Shown here: positions 43,233 to 53,324 of the stretch, piece by piece | Layout of the letters: the number at the start of each line of letters is the position of its first letter | How positions within the stretch are numbered: the stretch's first letter is position 1 | Assembly: GCA_964398775.1 (NCBI GenBank) | Contig: CAYNND010000003.1 | Span: forward strand, 3,879 to 67,878 | DNA length: 64,000 bases | From: an uncultured Candidatus Saccharibacteria bacterium | GTDB taxonomy: Bacteria; Patescibacteriota; Minisyncoccia; Phycocordibacterales; UBA2100 | Reading direction: 5' to 3' | The notes under the pieces: model-generated | Database searches by the model: none | Seen by the model: only the letters and a program-made list of their open reading frames with translations | What the model was told of the DNA's origin: nothing | Translations under genes and position numbers: made by a program

Positions 43233-44603
43233 TTATTCAAGAGATAGTCCCCACAGTGTAGCAGTTGTTTTATCAATGAATAGTAGTAGTTTTCCGTCAG
43301 CTGAATAGTATGCTGCTGTCACGTCGAGACCATCAGGGCTTCCCTTCACTGTTTCAATCACAACACTCTCTTCGCCGGTGCGAGGATTAATTTTTACAAT
43401 GGTATCAGCATATATACGTGCACCCTGCATCCACATATCTGGGTATGACAACCCAATGGTATCAACAGGAATTCCACAGTATAAGTATTCCTGTGTAGAC
43501 CACGTACATTTTTCTGGGAACACTGCTCGCTTCAGTCGTACTGGCTTACCATTCTTTTGGTAGATAAAGGATGTGTAACCTTCAGAAGAGCTCAGTGTCT
43601 TCAGAATGAATGCAGCAGTACCACTCTCGAGGCTTGTTATGCCAGGCTCGTCACCAAAGACTTTTTCCAAAGTGTTTTTTGTAAGTGATACTCTGTACAC
43701 ATAACCAGGCATTCCAAGTGATGGGCGCTGATTCACCAGTATGTGTGTAGTGCCCTCCCCGCTCCATGCGATGTTCCATCCATGAAGTGGTGATTTCCAT
43801 ACTCGCTTTGTCCGCTCACCCTTGAGGTTTGTTGTCGCCACACTCAGAGTACCATCCTCCTGTATTGTTGAAAAAAGAATAGTCTCCCCACGCACCAGCA
43901 TCGATTGAATGTTTACTGGAAGATATGATCCGATAGTGCTTGCCTGCTCACCTTCCTTTTTCTCACTAAGCTCAGAAACAGGAGTGCTGAGGGTTAGTAT
44001 AGAGTCATCGGTATCAAGGTGCTGGAGGACAACATGGGTGCCTTTCTCGGTAAAGAATGCTTTCTGTACCCCAAGAATAGTGCTATTTGTAACTCGCTCT
44101 ACTTTCAAAGTAGCAACAGGTATGTCTATGATATTACCGCGTTGACGTTCTGCGAGGCGAATAATTTGCTCTTTCTTTTCATTTTCAAACATCGTAAAGC
44201 CTGCCACTGGCCCCTCATACAGTTTATACAGCTGCACTCCTTTTTTTATGGCAGGGTTTTTTGTTGTGTCAGTTCCGTTTACTGGAGGCTCTCCAGTTGG
44301 GTTCTGTCCCGTGTCGCTACCCCCTGTTTTTGTCGCGTCCGTGCTTTGCTCATCGGTGTTGTTTTCTACAGTCTCCCCATCAGTTCCTGTCTTCTCTTTC
44401 AGTGTTTTTTCGGTAATTTCATCGTTGTTAAAAACCCCTAAGTCAGAACCACCAGCACCAGGTACTACCAATGGGTCAAATGTTTTAGTCCGTGAGCCTT
44501 CAACTGAACGCTTCGTTAAGTATGCATACCACACTGCAAGCGCAGTAGCCGCAAGGAGGATTATCAAGGCAAGTGATGCGTATAGTGTGTTCTTGTTGTT
44601 CAT
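43233..44603 (-). CDS. Hypothetical secreted/membrane-anchored protein (T4SS-like cluster)
   Basis: 456 aa. N-terminal anchor LYASLALIILLAATALAVWYAYL. T/G/E-rich low-complexity segment. No recognised family. Confidence 0.4.
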   Translation of the reverse strand: MNNKNTLYASLALIILLAATALAVWYAYLTKRSVEGSRTKTFDPLVVPGAGGSDLGVFNNDEITEKTLKEKTGTDGETVENNTDEQSTDATKTGGSDTGQNPTGEPPVNGTDTTKNPAIKKGVQLYKLYEGPVAGFTMFENEKKEQIIRLAERQRGNIIDIPVATLKVERVTNSTILGVQKAFFTEKGTHVVLQHLDTDDSILTLSTPVSELSEKKEGEQASTIGSYLPVNIQSMLVRGETILFSTIQEDGTLSVATTNLKGERTKRVWKSPLHGWNIAWSGEGTTHILVNQRPSLGMPGYVYRVSLTKNTLEKVFGDEPGITSLESGTAAFILKTLSSSEGYTSFIYQKNGKPVRLKRAVFPEKCTWSTQEYLYCGIPVDTIGLSYPDMWMQGARIYADTIVKINPRTGEESVVIETVKGSPDGLDVTAAYYSADGKLLLFIDKTTATLWGLSLE

Positions 44604-45562
44604 ATACCAAAGAGTGATGATTCGGTTGTCGTACCGATGCGTGTTTTGATTGTTGCGTCTTGCAGTAGCTTGCTTCCATGATTTACATCAACTGTGACAA
44701 TGCCTGCAGGCAGGCGAGGTGTGTATGTTGCTCTCCCTTGTGGCTCTACAGCAACCTCTCCGGTCGCACTCTTCCAATCGAACCGTACCTTGGAAAGGTT
44801 CGTGCCATCTATGTGGTACGGAATCAGCCGAAGTGTTGTGACACCATCAAGTCCTTTCATGAATCCAACAACTGTATTTGTCCAGAGTCCAACAAGTGTT
44901 TTTTGCTGGTACATACGCAAAACTATCGGAGTTGGGCGTATGCGAATACCATTTCCACCGACGTATTCATTATTTAGATTTTTTACTTCAACACTGATGA
45001 GTGTGTCATCTCCAAAAGCTGGCATCTGTATTTGCACTGTTTGTTTACCAAAGCCTGACTGTTTCCCAAGCAGTGTTCCGTTCTGGTACCATGAATATAT
45101 GAGCGTATCGCTCGAGCCTAGGTTAGTGTGAGGAACGGCTGAAACAGTCACTCGTCCACCAGCAGCAACGAGCGCACGGCCACTGTAAAAAGGAGGTGTA
45201 TATGAAGCTCCTTCCCAGAGTAAGTCAACATCTGAGGGTTGCAGTAGCTGTGAAAGCTTCATTTCCGTACCATCTCTTTCAACGACAGTTACGTCGAGTG
45301 TGCTTGTCGTGCGCTCCGTAAGGGTAATTTCTGTTTCAGTAACACCAATTCCCTGGCTCAACACAACACCATTCAGTTTCCATACAACAAGTGCGGTAGA
45401 TATATCAATCGCCGGACTTTTGAGTTCTGCGGCGATGCGAGTGTTGAGCTGTAATAGCGGCGGATTGAATGTAACACTAAGAGTTTTTTCTACCTGAGCA
45501 TATGCAGGACTACTTACCCCCATCAAGACTGCTATGAAAAGTATTGCGTACAATGCGCGCAT
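44600..45562 (-). CDS. Hypothetical secreted protein (T4SS-like cluster)
   Basis: 320 aa. Signal peptide MRALYAILFIAVLMGVSSPAYA. No recognised family. Confidence 0.4.
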   Translation of the reverse strand: MRALYAILFIAVLMGVSSPAYAQVEKTLSVTFNPPLLQLNTRIAAELKSPAIDISTALVVWKLNGVVLSQGIGVTETEITLTERTTSTLDVTVVERDGTEMKLSQLLQPSDVDLLWEGASYTPPFYSGRALVAAGGRVTVSAVPHTNLGSSDTLIYSWYQNGTLLGKQSGFGKQTVQIQMPAFGDDTLISVEVKNLNNEYVGGNGIRIRPTPIVLRMYQQKTLVGLWTNTVVGFMKGLDGVTTLRLIPYHIDGTNLSKVRFDWKSATGEVAVEPQGRATYTPRLPAGIVTVDVNHGSKLLQDATIKTRIGTTTESSLFGI

Positions 45563-45639
45563 CTGTCTATTGTAGCAGGTTTTTAGATTCGCGTAGCCGT
45601 GGATGTCAAAAACACATTCCCCACACTTTCTGCGTTGTG

Positions 45640-47487
45640 TTACTTCAATATGGCATCATCTCCCGATGCTGATTCTGCAGCCTCCAGGTCTTTTTTCGCT
45701 TTTCTGATAGCCAAGATTTGAGATGGGTCTGAGGTTATTATTTGGTCTTCAGTGTAGGAAGCGATAACTTTAATTGCAACGTGCTTCAAGCCGGCGAAGA
45801 AGATCCCCTCCCCCACATCTGATTCAAGGAGAAGATATTTCTCTTCATCTGAAAGCTTGAAGGTTTCTTGCACAAGGTCAATCGATGTTGGTGACTGTCG
45901 CAGCAAAATTTGAATTGAAGAGTTGGTGAGCATCGCTTTACCATAGGGTGATTGCAAAAAGTCACCAACGTCTTGAGTAATTGTCGCTAGTCCAAGATAA
46001 TATTTACGGCCACGTTTTGCGATTCCATACAAGAATGAAGCCGTATCTTCAGACTTCATCATCCACCAAGCCTCATCAATCACAAGGAGTCGTTTTCTGA
46101 GCTCTTTTCTGACCATGTTCCATATGTGGTGCGTCACAATATACATCGCGACCGGCTTAAGCTCGTCTTCCATGTCTCGGATTGAGAACACAACCAACCG
46201 CTTGTTCATATCAACGTTTGTTGGTTTGTTGATGAACCCAGACCAAGTTCCGTGAGTGTACTTAGAAAGTCTCTGCACAAGTGACTCAGAGCCTTCCATG
46301 CCGGAGAGTACGAGCTCAAAGTCTGACAGAAGCGGCGGCTCGATGTTGGCAAAGTCTGACTGTTCATTGATATCCTTAAGGGCGTACGTTTCTGTGATTG
46401 CCTTATCGATAATCGCGTCTTCTTCAGGGGTTAACCCACCCAACATGATGCGAAAGAGTCCAACAAGTGTGATGATGTTTGAACGGAGCACGTCGGCCGG
46501 GTTCTCGTCTTCTCGCGGCACTGGAAGATCAAAAGGATTGATGTGGTTTTCGGACGAGAGTGTGATGTTAAAGTAACGTCCACCAGTAGTTTCAGCCAAG
46601 TACTCATATTCACGTTCAGGGTCAATGACAATAACGTCCGCGTCAAACATCAATGAACGAAGAATCTCTAACTTCGTAAAGTATGATTTACCAGATCCCG
46701 ACTTGGCAAAGAGTACCGAGTTATAGTTTTCGAGAGAAAATCTATCAAAAAGCACAAGAGATGAGTTGTGTCTATTGATACCGTAGAGGATACCCCTGTC
46801 AGACGTAAGGTCGAACGATATAAATGGAAACGTAGAAGAGAGTGGCTCAGAATTGAGCTTCGAGTGAACAGCAAGTTGGTCATCAGCAATCGGCATCACA
46901 CTCTTAAATCCTTGTTCTTGTTGGAACAGTGTTGGCTTTATGTATACCAGTCGCGCCTCGAGAATTGAGCGTACTTCAGTCTCAGCCTTGTCGAGCTCTT
47001 CTTCAGTTTGCCCGTATATGGTGATATACAACCCAACCTCAAACATTTTTTCCTGTGCTTGCTGGAGTCGGTCACGGAGATACTCAAGATCAGAATAGGC
47101 TGTATCAAGCTGCGGGTCACGCACGAGCCCCTTCTCCTCTCTAATTTGTATCTGACTTTCTACCTCCGCAACTCTTTTTTGGAATTGACGAAGGATTGCA
47201 GTAGTGTCGACTGGGTGAATATGCATTGCAGCATCAAACATCTTGTCGAGGTTGATGATAGGCGCAAACCAACCAGTTGTAAGGAAGCGCGGGTATGAAA
47301 TGACAAAAAATGTTCGTGCTATCTTATCTCCAATGTTGAGTTGTTTCGGGGTAATCTGAAGAGCAGATGGTGCAAGGATATCTTGCAGTTCGAGTACGCC
47401 TCGTGCGTAAATTTCCTGAGGGAGTACCGGCACAACAGGTCGCTCTGCTGTTTCATTGCCCTTCGAGAAAAGTGAAAAAAGACCCAT
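45640..47487 (-). CDS. VirB4/TrbE/PrgJ-family conjugation ATPase, C-terminal ~615 aa (ATPase domain)
   Basis: Walker A LFAKSGSGKSYFTKLEI. DPEREY motif. Walker B LLVIDEAWWMM (the DEAW of VirB4). RGRKYYLGLATITQ motif. Confidence 0.7.
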   Translation of the reverse strand: MGLFSLFSKGNETAERPVVPVLPQEIYARGVLELQDILAPSALQITPKQLNIGDKIARTFFVISYPRFLTTGWFAPIINLDKMFDAAMHIHPVDTTAILRQFQKRVAEVESQIQIREEKGLVRDPQLDTAYSDLEYLRDRLQQAQEKMFEVGLYITIYGQTEEELDKAETEVRSILEARLVYIKPTLFQQEQGFKSVMPIADDQLAVHSKLNSEPLSSTFPFISFDLTSDRGILYGINRHNSSLVLFDRFSLENYNSVLFAKSGSGKSYFTKLEILRSLMFDADVIVIDPEREYEYLAETTGGRYFNITLSSENHINPFDLPVPREDENPADVLRSNIITLVGLFRIMLGGLTPEEDAIIDKAITETYALKDINEQSDFANIEPPLLSDFELVLSGMEGSESLVQRLSKYTHGTWSGFINKPTNVDMNKRLVVFSIRDMEDELKPVAMYIVTHHIWNMVRKELRKRLLVIDEAWWMMKSEDTASFLYGIAKRGRKYYLGLATITQDVGDFLQSPYGKAMLTNSSIQILLRQSPTSIDLVQETFKLSDEEKYLLLESDVGEGIFFAGLKHVAIKVIASYTEDQIITSDPSQILAIRKAKKDLEAAESASGDDAILK

Positions 47488-47491
47488 AGTA

Positions 47492-48160
47492 TTATTGGTT
47501 ATTTGCGCCCTTCATTGGGTTGTCCTGCTCGCCTGGATTAAAGATGCGATAGAGAAGCTCGATGACCTCTTCCGTGCCAAGTTGTACAGAGCGGATACCG
47601 GTGCGGACAAGTCCTTGTTGTACAATTGATATTCGCTGCTCTATCTGTGAAATGTTTTCTTCGAAAGCGCTTTTCCCTCCTTCCACTTTCTCACTCGCAC
47701 GTTGAGATTTTCCAAATGGTAAGGGTATTTTTGATAGTGGGCCACTTTCAAGTGCTGCATTTGGTGGCAAATATGGCACCACAACAAAGAAGTGTTTTGT
47801 CATAATATTTGCCGCCTCTGTAAAGCTTCTGATGAAGTTGATGTACTCTCGTATTTGAATACGCATGAGTTCATCAAGAGTATTTTTCTGCGCTTCTTCG
47901 AGTGTCATGAGGTATGGGCGAATATCGAGTTTACGAGATTGTATGAAAATTTGGATATGGAAGTCGAGCGAGTTGAGGAGGTTTTGAAATTGCATCAAGA
48001 ATGCGTTCTGCTCGTCATCAGACTTCAAAGCAAAGTTGAGTGATGAACACATAAGTACTGCTTTCATGCTGCCATCATTCATGATGATAACCCCATCACG
48101 AACTTCCTTAACTGGAACAAAGTCTTGTGAAGGTGTTGCGTTTCGTGCGTCTACTACCAT
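47492..48160 (-). CDS. VirB4/PrgJ N-terminal-domain-like protein (222 aa), likely the detached N-terminus of the downstream VirB4 ATPase
   Basis: FVPVKEVRDGVIIMNDGSMKAVLMCSSLNFALKSDDEQNAFLMQFQNLLNSLDFHIQIFIQSRKLDI matches the conserved N-terminal pattern of VirB4/TcpF/PrgJ proteins. Stop TAA, then 4 nt, then the ATG of the 615-aa ORF. 222+615 = 837 aa, about the size of a VirB4. Confidence 0.5.
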   Translation of the reverse strand: MVVDARNATPSQDFVPVKEVRDGVIIMNDGSMKAVLMCSSLNFALKSDDEQNAFLMQFQNLLNSLDFHIQIFIQSRKLDIRPYLMTLEEAQKNTLDELMRIQIREYINFIRSFTEAANIMTKHFFVVVPYLPPNAALESGPLSKIPLPFGKSQRASEKVEGGKSAFEENISQIEQRISIVQQGLVRTGIRSVQLGTEEVIELLYRIFNPGEQDNPMKGANNQ

Positions 48161-48163
48161 AGC

Positions 48164-48601
48164 TTATCGTCTTAGTTTTGTTACTCCTTTCCCTGCGTCA
48201 TCCACATACTCATTGATATCAAGCGACCATGATATGTCCTTCAATTTACTATCTGAAAGTGAGGGGAGTTCCGAATTCTTTTTTGCAGCCATATCGTCTT
48301 TTTTCTCAGATTCCTTCACTTTATCTACGTGCTTCCACAAAAACAGTTTACCACGAATTGAGTAGTAAAATGCACTTTCAAGTACAACCAAGAATGGTCG
48401 GTCATTGATTTTATAAAAAGCAAGGGCGAGCGAAAAGCCCATGACAGGGAGCATCGCAACGAGCGCAATCTTTTGCGGGAGCAGTGAGTACACAAAGTAG
48501 GAAAGACCAGCGCCACCAACAATAAAAATGAATTGTTTGAACGTGAATGGTCCAAAAATTTTATCTTCCACCTCGATGAATTGTGGAACAGAGAATTGCA
48601 T
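48164..48601 (-). CDS. VirB3/PrgI-like small membrane protein
   Basis: 145 aa. Two TM segments (FKQFIFIVGGAGLSYFVYSL and IALVAMLPVMGFSLALAF) near the N-terminus. Sits immediately upstream of VirB4, as VirB3/PrgI does. Confidence 0.4.
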   Translation of the reverse strand: MQFSVPQFIEVEDKIFGPFTFKQFIFIVGGAGLSYFVYSLLPQKIALVAMLPVMGFSLALAFYKINDRPFLVVLESAFYYSIRGKLFLWKHVDKVKESEKKDDMAAKKNSELPSLSDSKLKDISWSLDINEYVDDAGKGVTKLRR

Positions 48602-48653
48602 ATGCTCAGTATATCAGGTGAGGGTCATATTGCGTCTACTGTATACACAGAGC

Positions 48654-49220
48654 TTACAGTGCCGCTTCTCGGTACGGATCGTTCTGTATCGTGGTTCTCT
48701 GCGCCTCAGAATCGCCAGCTGTGTTTAGTGGTTTGTTTTGTGCAGTATCTGCTTGGCCATTGAGTCTCCGTTTGATTATGTCAGTGAGTGCCTTTGTTGA
48801 ACTTTCAGCAGCAGCTCCTGCTGGGGTTGCTACACCCATCTCGTCCATTACTTTCTGTTGTTCGATGGGTACCACTGGAACTTTTCTGCCCGCCTTTTCT
48901 GCTGCTATGGTGTCCTGAAGTTGTTTGTGTATCGGTTCAAAGATAATCTCAACAGCAGCGTTGTTGATCTGTACCGCTTCTTCTCTGCTGAGCCCTACGT
49001 GCTGCACTATGTTGTCGGGCAAATCTTCCGGTGCAGTGATACCAAATAGCGCATACGTAATTTCATTCTCAAGAAGTGTCCATTTATCAAGATGGATTTT
49101 ATGTTTTTCTGCGAGTGTGCGCATTTTCTGTTCGAGCTCAGATGATAGTATTGCACGCTGCACAACTGCGGGCAGTGCGTTAAATGCATCTATAAGGATT
49201 TGCTGGGTAGTTGATTCCAT
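48654..49220 (-). CDS. Hypothetical soluble protein (T4SS-like cluster)
   Basis: 188-aa ORF with no TM and no recognisable motifs. Confidence 0.4.
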   Translation of the reverse strand: MESTTQQILIDAFNALPAVVQRAILSSELEQKMRTLAEKHKIHLDKWTLLENEITYALFGITAPEDLPDNIVQHVGLSREEAVQINNAAVEIIFEPIHKQLQDTIAAEKAGRKVPVVPIEQQKVMDEMGVATPAGAAAESSTKALTDIIKRRLNGQADTAQNKPLNTAGDSEAQRTTIQNDPYREAAL

Positions 49221-49231
49221 AGTTTTAAATT

Positions 49232-51481
49232 TTAGTGCGCTGCGTGGTCATCAGCTTTTGCAGCAGGTGCTGCTGGTGCAGCAGGTGCTGCTGGTGCTGC
49301 TGGGATGTTCTGTGCAAGTGTCTGGCCAAGTTGTGCTGTTCGCTGACTTTCACGCTGCATTCTCGCAATTTCTTGTGGAGATAGCGCCGCTCGAGCCATT
49401 CCGGCCTTCATCGCATCATCAGATAATTTTAGTTTATTATCCGTAACAAATTGCTTAAATGCTGACACAGAAGCTGTTTTTGCCTGCTCTCTTTCTGTTG
49501 CAAGTCGAATTTCGCGCGCCTGCTTCTTATTTTTTTCAACGTCAATCTGAATTTCTCGGTGCTCCTTTTCTTTCTGCTCTCTTTTCGCAGATGCCTCAGA
49601 AAGCTCGTCTCTGATGCGTTTGATATTTGCGTTCGCCTGTCTCATAGTAGCATCTGCGTCAGCGAGACTCTTTTCAACAGCTTTTTGCTTTACACCACCA
49701 GGATCAGAATTTGGGTTTTTCTGCATCTCAGCTTTGTATTCTTCAAGGGCTTTTGCAGCCGCTGCGTGGTTTTCGGTTGCCTGGGTAACAAGAGTCTCAG
49801 CCTTAGATACTTCTGTAGTCTTTGCCTGCACTGTCTCTTTAAGCCCATCTATTGCTTGCTTAAGCTCAGTAGATTTGACCTCTTTTGCGTTATGTTCCTC
49901 GAGAAATGCCGCACCTTCTTTCTTTTGCTTCTCAGCAACTTGTGCTTTTTGGAAGTCAGCCATACGCTCTCCCGTAGCTTTGTCTGTAGCACGCTTCGTG
50001 TCGATTGTTTTTTTAAGTGTTTCCTTTCCAGCTTTTCCAGTTTGGATACCAAGCTTTTGCAAGGCTTTCATAACAGCCGCGTCTCGGAAGTCACCACTAG
50101 TGTTGAGACGAGATTTGTATTTCTCAAGTTTTTCTCGTGCTTTCTCTTTCGACTCCGGTGTGTCATGAGGGCCATCGTGTGCCGCTTCAAGATTTTTCAG
50201 TTGTCGCTCAGCAAATGCAAGTCTACCTTTTCGCACACTGGCGGCTGCGCTGCCAAATGCTGCACCGGTTACCATCCCAAAGCCTCCTGAGAGCTTTGAT
50301 TTAACATCCGTTCCAAACATTTGGTTGCCTTTTTTTGCAAGCATGTCAGCAACTTTTACAGCAACAACAAAGAGTGTAACCATCACTGCATAGCGACCAA
50401 GTGCCCCGCCTGCATTTGTGATTGTCGGGTCAAATATACCTTCGACGCGCAGCCCAGGCGCAGGGCTTTTTGCAATGGCGTCCATAATCTGAATCACCGT
50501 CCAGAGCATAAGGAGGAGTAGTGGAGCAAAAAAAGCGTTTGCGAGTAGCGACGTCCTCCATTCGTTAAAATATTTTGAGAATGATGGGATGATGAGTGCA
50601 GCAGTTGCAAGCGAAGATGTTACCATGACGAGAATAAGCATTACAGCACGGACTGTAAGTAGCCATGCACAATAGAAGAATACAAACGCAGAAATCAAAA
50701 ATATAATTGCGATACCAATCGATGTAACAAGAAGTAGCCCCGGGCTACCTGGTCGCTCAGATTTTAATTTATCAACCAACTTACTCCAATCATTCAATTC
50801 CGTTATACCGAAGGCAGTTGATATTCTTTGTGATATGTTCGCTTGTCCTGAAGTAATGCCCGTTGCATCGGTTATTGCTGAACCCCCTACCCCAGCTATC
50901 CCTCGGTAGAACTGATAGGCAACAAAGTTTGAAACATCAATCACTGCCATTGAGAAGAAGAGACTGAAGTTCATGAAGAGTGCCACGAGAATCGCACGCA
51001 CAGCATGCTGCTTTATGCTGTACTCATGGTTATTAAGGATTATATTTATTGCGATAAATATAAAGAAGCCTATGAGTACAATCTGCGACAAATCGCGAAA
51101 TACTACCCAGATCCTTTGTATTGCCTCTATAACACCCCAAAACTGAAGTGTTCCAGTAAAGTTTGCCGCAAACGCCCAAATAGTATAGTCAAAAAGTACA
51201 CCTGCAAGTGCTAGAAACGTTGCTGCGAGTGTGATAAGTGCTGCCCCTATCCATGCTGCAACAGTCTCAATACCACTTTTTATCCAACTCCCACCTCCGT
51301 ACCAAGCAGCAATAGAGCCGAGAACTAGCCCACCTAAAATAAGCGGTGGCGCAGCCTCAGCTTTTTCTACGCTGATTGCTAGCGGGCTTGAGAGGGATGT
51401 CGTATCAATTGTGACTGAAAGTGGCGCGAGCATGACGCATAGCGATATCACAACCGAAATAGCTCGTCTCCACATACCCAC
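49232..51481 (-). CDS. VirB6/TrbL-like polytopic membrane protein with long C-terminal coiled-coil and PAA repeats
   Basis: 749 aa. At least 7 hydrophobic helices in the first ~420 aa. C-terminal K/E/A-rich coiled-coil. Tail PAAPAAPAAPAAPAAKADDHAAH is encoded by an 18-bp tandem DNA repeat at 49261-49304. Confidence 0.45.
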   Translation of the reverse strand: MGMWRRAISVVISLCVMLAPLSVTIDTTSLSSPLAISVEKAEAAPPLILGGLVLGSIAAWYGGGSWIKSGIETVAAWIGAALITLAATFLALAGVLFDYTIWAFAANFTGTLQFWGVIEAIQRIWVVFRDLSQIVLIGFFIFIAINIILNNHEYSIKQHAVRAILVALFMNFSLFFSMAVIDVSNFVAYQFYRGIAGVGGSAITDATGITSGQANISQRISTAFGITELNDWSKLVDKLKSERPGSPGLLLVTSIGIAIIFLISAFVFFYCAWLLTVRAVMLILVMVTSSLATAALIIPSFSKYFNEWRTSLLANAFFAPLLLLMLWTVIQIMDAIAKSPAPGLRVEGIFDPTITNAGGALGRYAVMVTLFVVAVKVADMLAKKGNQMFGTDVKSKLSGGFGMVTGAAFGSAAASVRKGRLAFAERQLKNLEAAHDGPHDTPESKEKAREKLEKYKSRLNTSGDFRDAAVMKALQKLGIQTGKAGKETLKKTIDTKRATDKATGERMADFQKAQVAEKQKKEGAAFLEEHNAKEVKSTELKQAIDGLKETVQAKTTEVSKAETLVTQATENHAAAAKALEEYKAEMQKNPNSDPGGVKQKAVEKSLADADATMRQANANIKRIRDELSEASAKREQKEKEHREIQIDVEKNKKQAREIRLATEREQAKTASVSAFKQFVTDNKLKLSDDAMKAGMARAALSPQEIARMQRESQRTAQLGQTLAQNIPAAPAAPAAPAAPAAKADDHAAH

Positions 51482-51539
51482 AGTATATATGAAAAAACTA
51501 CTTTATCTTAGGCTCAAGAAAGTGAATGTGTATTGCCAG

Positions 51540-53321
51540 CTACAGCTTTAAATCTTGCCACTTTTCTGCCTTGCACCAGCTCGCAGTCCATGAATTTTGT
51601 GTTCGCTCGACAAGGTTCTGCAATATGTCCTTCAATTGGCTTTGTTTATCGCGTGCATTCGATACATGTGATGAATTGTGGAGCTTGCCTGCGTTAACAA
51701 GTTTTTCAAGCTGACCAATTACAAACTGTGCTGTTGCGGGGCTGCTGTCATTTTTCAACATATTCTCGAGTCCCTTGAGTACAGAAAGGGCACTATCCGA
51801 TGACTTGAGGTTTTCTGCGAATACTCTGCGAATCGGCTCTATGTCGTCCTTTATCACCTTGATTGAACGCTCGTTGGTCTTAAGCAAGGTAACGCTCTTT
51901 GTTACACCGCTTAGCTTAGCCGTTATCTTATATCGCTTTTTTGGACTCGCCTCGGTGCTGCCGGGGTCATCAGAAATATCCACAGTCACATCTGCAGTAC
52001 ATGATCCCATGTTGCCATCACCGGAGCAGACCTCATCCTCCACTTGTTTTTTCAAATCTTTCTTCGCCTGGTCAAGCATGTCGTCAAAGCACTTGTCCTC
52101 TCTTTGGACTAGAGTTGCCATTGTCGTATCAATAAGAGAAAGAGTAGTTTTAATTACTGCATTGTAGTCACCTTCAGTTTGGAGAGCTTTTTGCAGGGCA
52201 TCTTTACCGACATTTGTCGTCTCTCCTCGTGCGCGACCAAAGGCATCATCGACTGCACGGTCAAGGTATGAAGCGCCACTAGCGTTGTTTGTAGTTGATT
52301 GTAAGCCGCCAAACCCAGAGAGTACTTCAGTTTGGAGGTTAGTGATGAATGAGCCAAGGAGTTCGTCGATACTATCTGCCTGTTCAGTTTGGCGATGTCC
52401 AGTCTGCACCAAGAAGCTTGTCATATCGGCTATCACCTTTCCTGGGGTAACGATCTGACAGTCTTCCTCGTATCGGCCATTACCGACGGGCACTTGCTTA
52501 CATTCACGGTCAGAAAGGAAACCATTGCCCCAATCAAGCTCCTTTGCGAGCCTTCGTTGCTCCTCATCGATTGTCACTGTCGCTGTATCACGCAGATTCA
52601 TAAAAGCAGAGAGTTCATTGTTCCCTTCTTCAAATGACGATATAAAATTTCCCCACCCACTGTTTTCAAGGTCACCTCTCATCAGTGATGTATATTGCTG
52701 CTCAGTACCATTAAAACTACACGCATATGCAAGTTCTGGTTTTCTGGTTTTATTTACATAGTCTTGCACCAAATTTCGCTTCACACGTTCTCGGTACGGC
52801 GCACACATTTTTTGCAGTGATTCATGTTCCATGAATTTCTCCATAACTTCATCACGGAGTTGGGCTTGAAGCGCGCGCGGGTTCTGTGCATACTTTGCCT
52901 GGCCTTGTCTCCCTTCGTTTATTTGGCGAAGCGCTGCACGGGTGATTCCTGAAACTATGGCTTCACGCTGACGTATATTGAGTCCATCAAGTACACAAAA
53001 CTTGTTGACTAAAATGAATGTATTGAGTGCAATTGCCTCTTCAGAGACTGGGACAAATGTTCCCTGTGCGTGCTGCATTCCCACTGGACCCACTTCGCCA
53101 ATACCCTTACATCCATAGATGCCGTTGCGTACAAACTCATATGCGCTGGAGGTATTTCCTTCAGAATCTTTTACATTCAAGTTTTTCAAATCATTTTGGT
53201 ACTCCTTCAAAAAGTTTTCTATATCCTCGCTCGATTTTGTTTTTGTTTGACCATATGCAAATACACCCATAAACATGATTATGATTCCTAGAATCGACGC
53301 GATGTATCTGTGTCTTCTCAT
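51540..53321 (-). CDS. Hypothetical secreted protein, 593 aa (T4SS-like cluster)
   Basis: Signal/anchor IASILGIIIMFMGVFAYG. Several Cys. No recognised family. Confidence 0.4.
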   Translation of the reverse strand: MRRHRYIASILGIIIMFMGVFAYGQTKTKSSEDIENFLKEYQNDLKNLNVKDSEGNTSSAYEFVRNGIYGCKGIGEVGPVGMQHAQGTFVPVSEEAIALNTFILVNKFCVLDGLNIRQREAIVSGITRAALRQINEGRQGQAKYAQNPRALQAQLRDEVMEKFMEHESLQKMCAPYRERVKRNLVQDYVNKTRKPELAYACSFNGTEQQYTSLMRGDLENSGWGNFISSFEEGNNELSAFMNLRDTATVTIDEEQRRLAKELDWGNGFLSDRECKQVPVGNGRYEEDCQIVTPGKVIADMTSFLVQTGHRQTEQADSIDELLGSFITNLQTEVLSGFGGLQSTTNNASGASYLDRAVDDAFGRARGETTNVGKDALQKALQTEGDYNAVIKTTLSLIDTTMATLVQREDKCFDDMLDQAKKDLKKQVEDEVCSGDGNMGSCTADVTVDISDDPGSTEASPKKRYKITAKLSGVTKSVTLLKTNERSIKVIKDDIEPIRRVFAENLKSSDSALSVLKGLENMLKNDSSPATAQFVIGQLEKLVNAGKLHNSSHVSNARDKQSQLKDILQNLVERTQNSWTASWCKAEKWQDLKL

Positions 53322-53324
53322 AAA

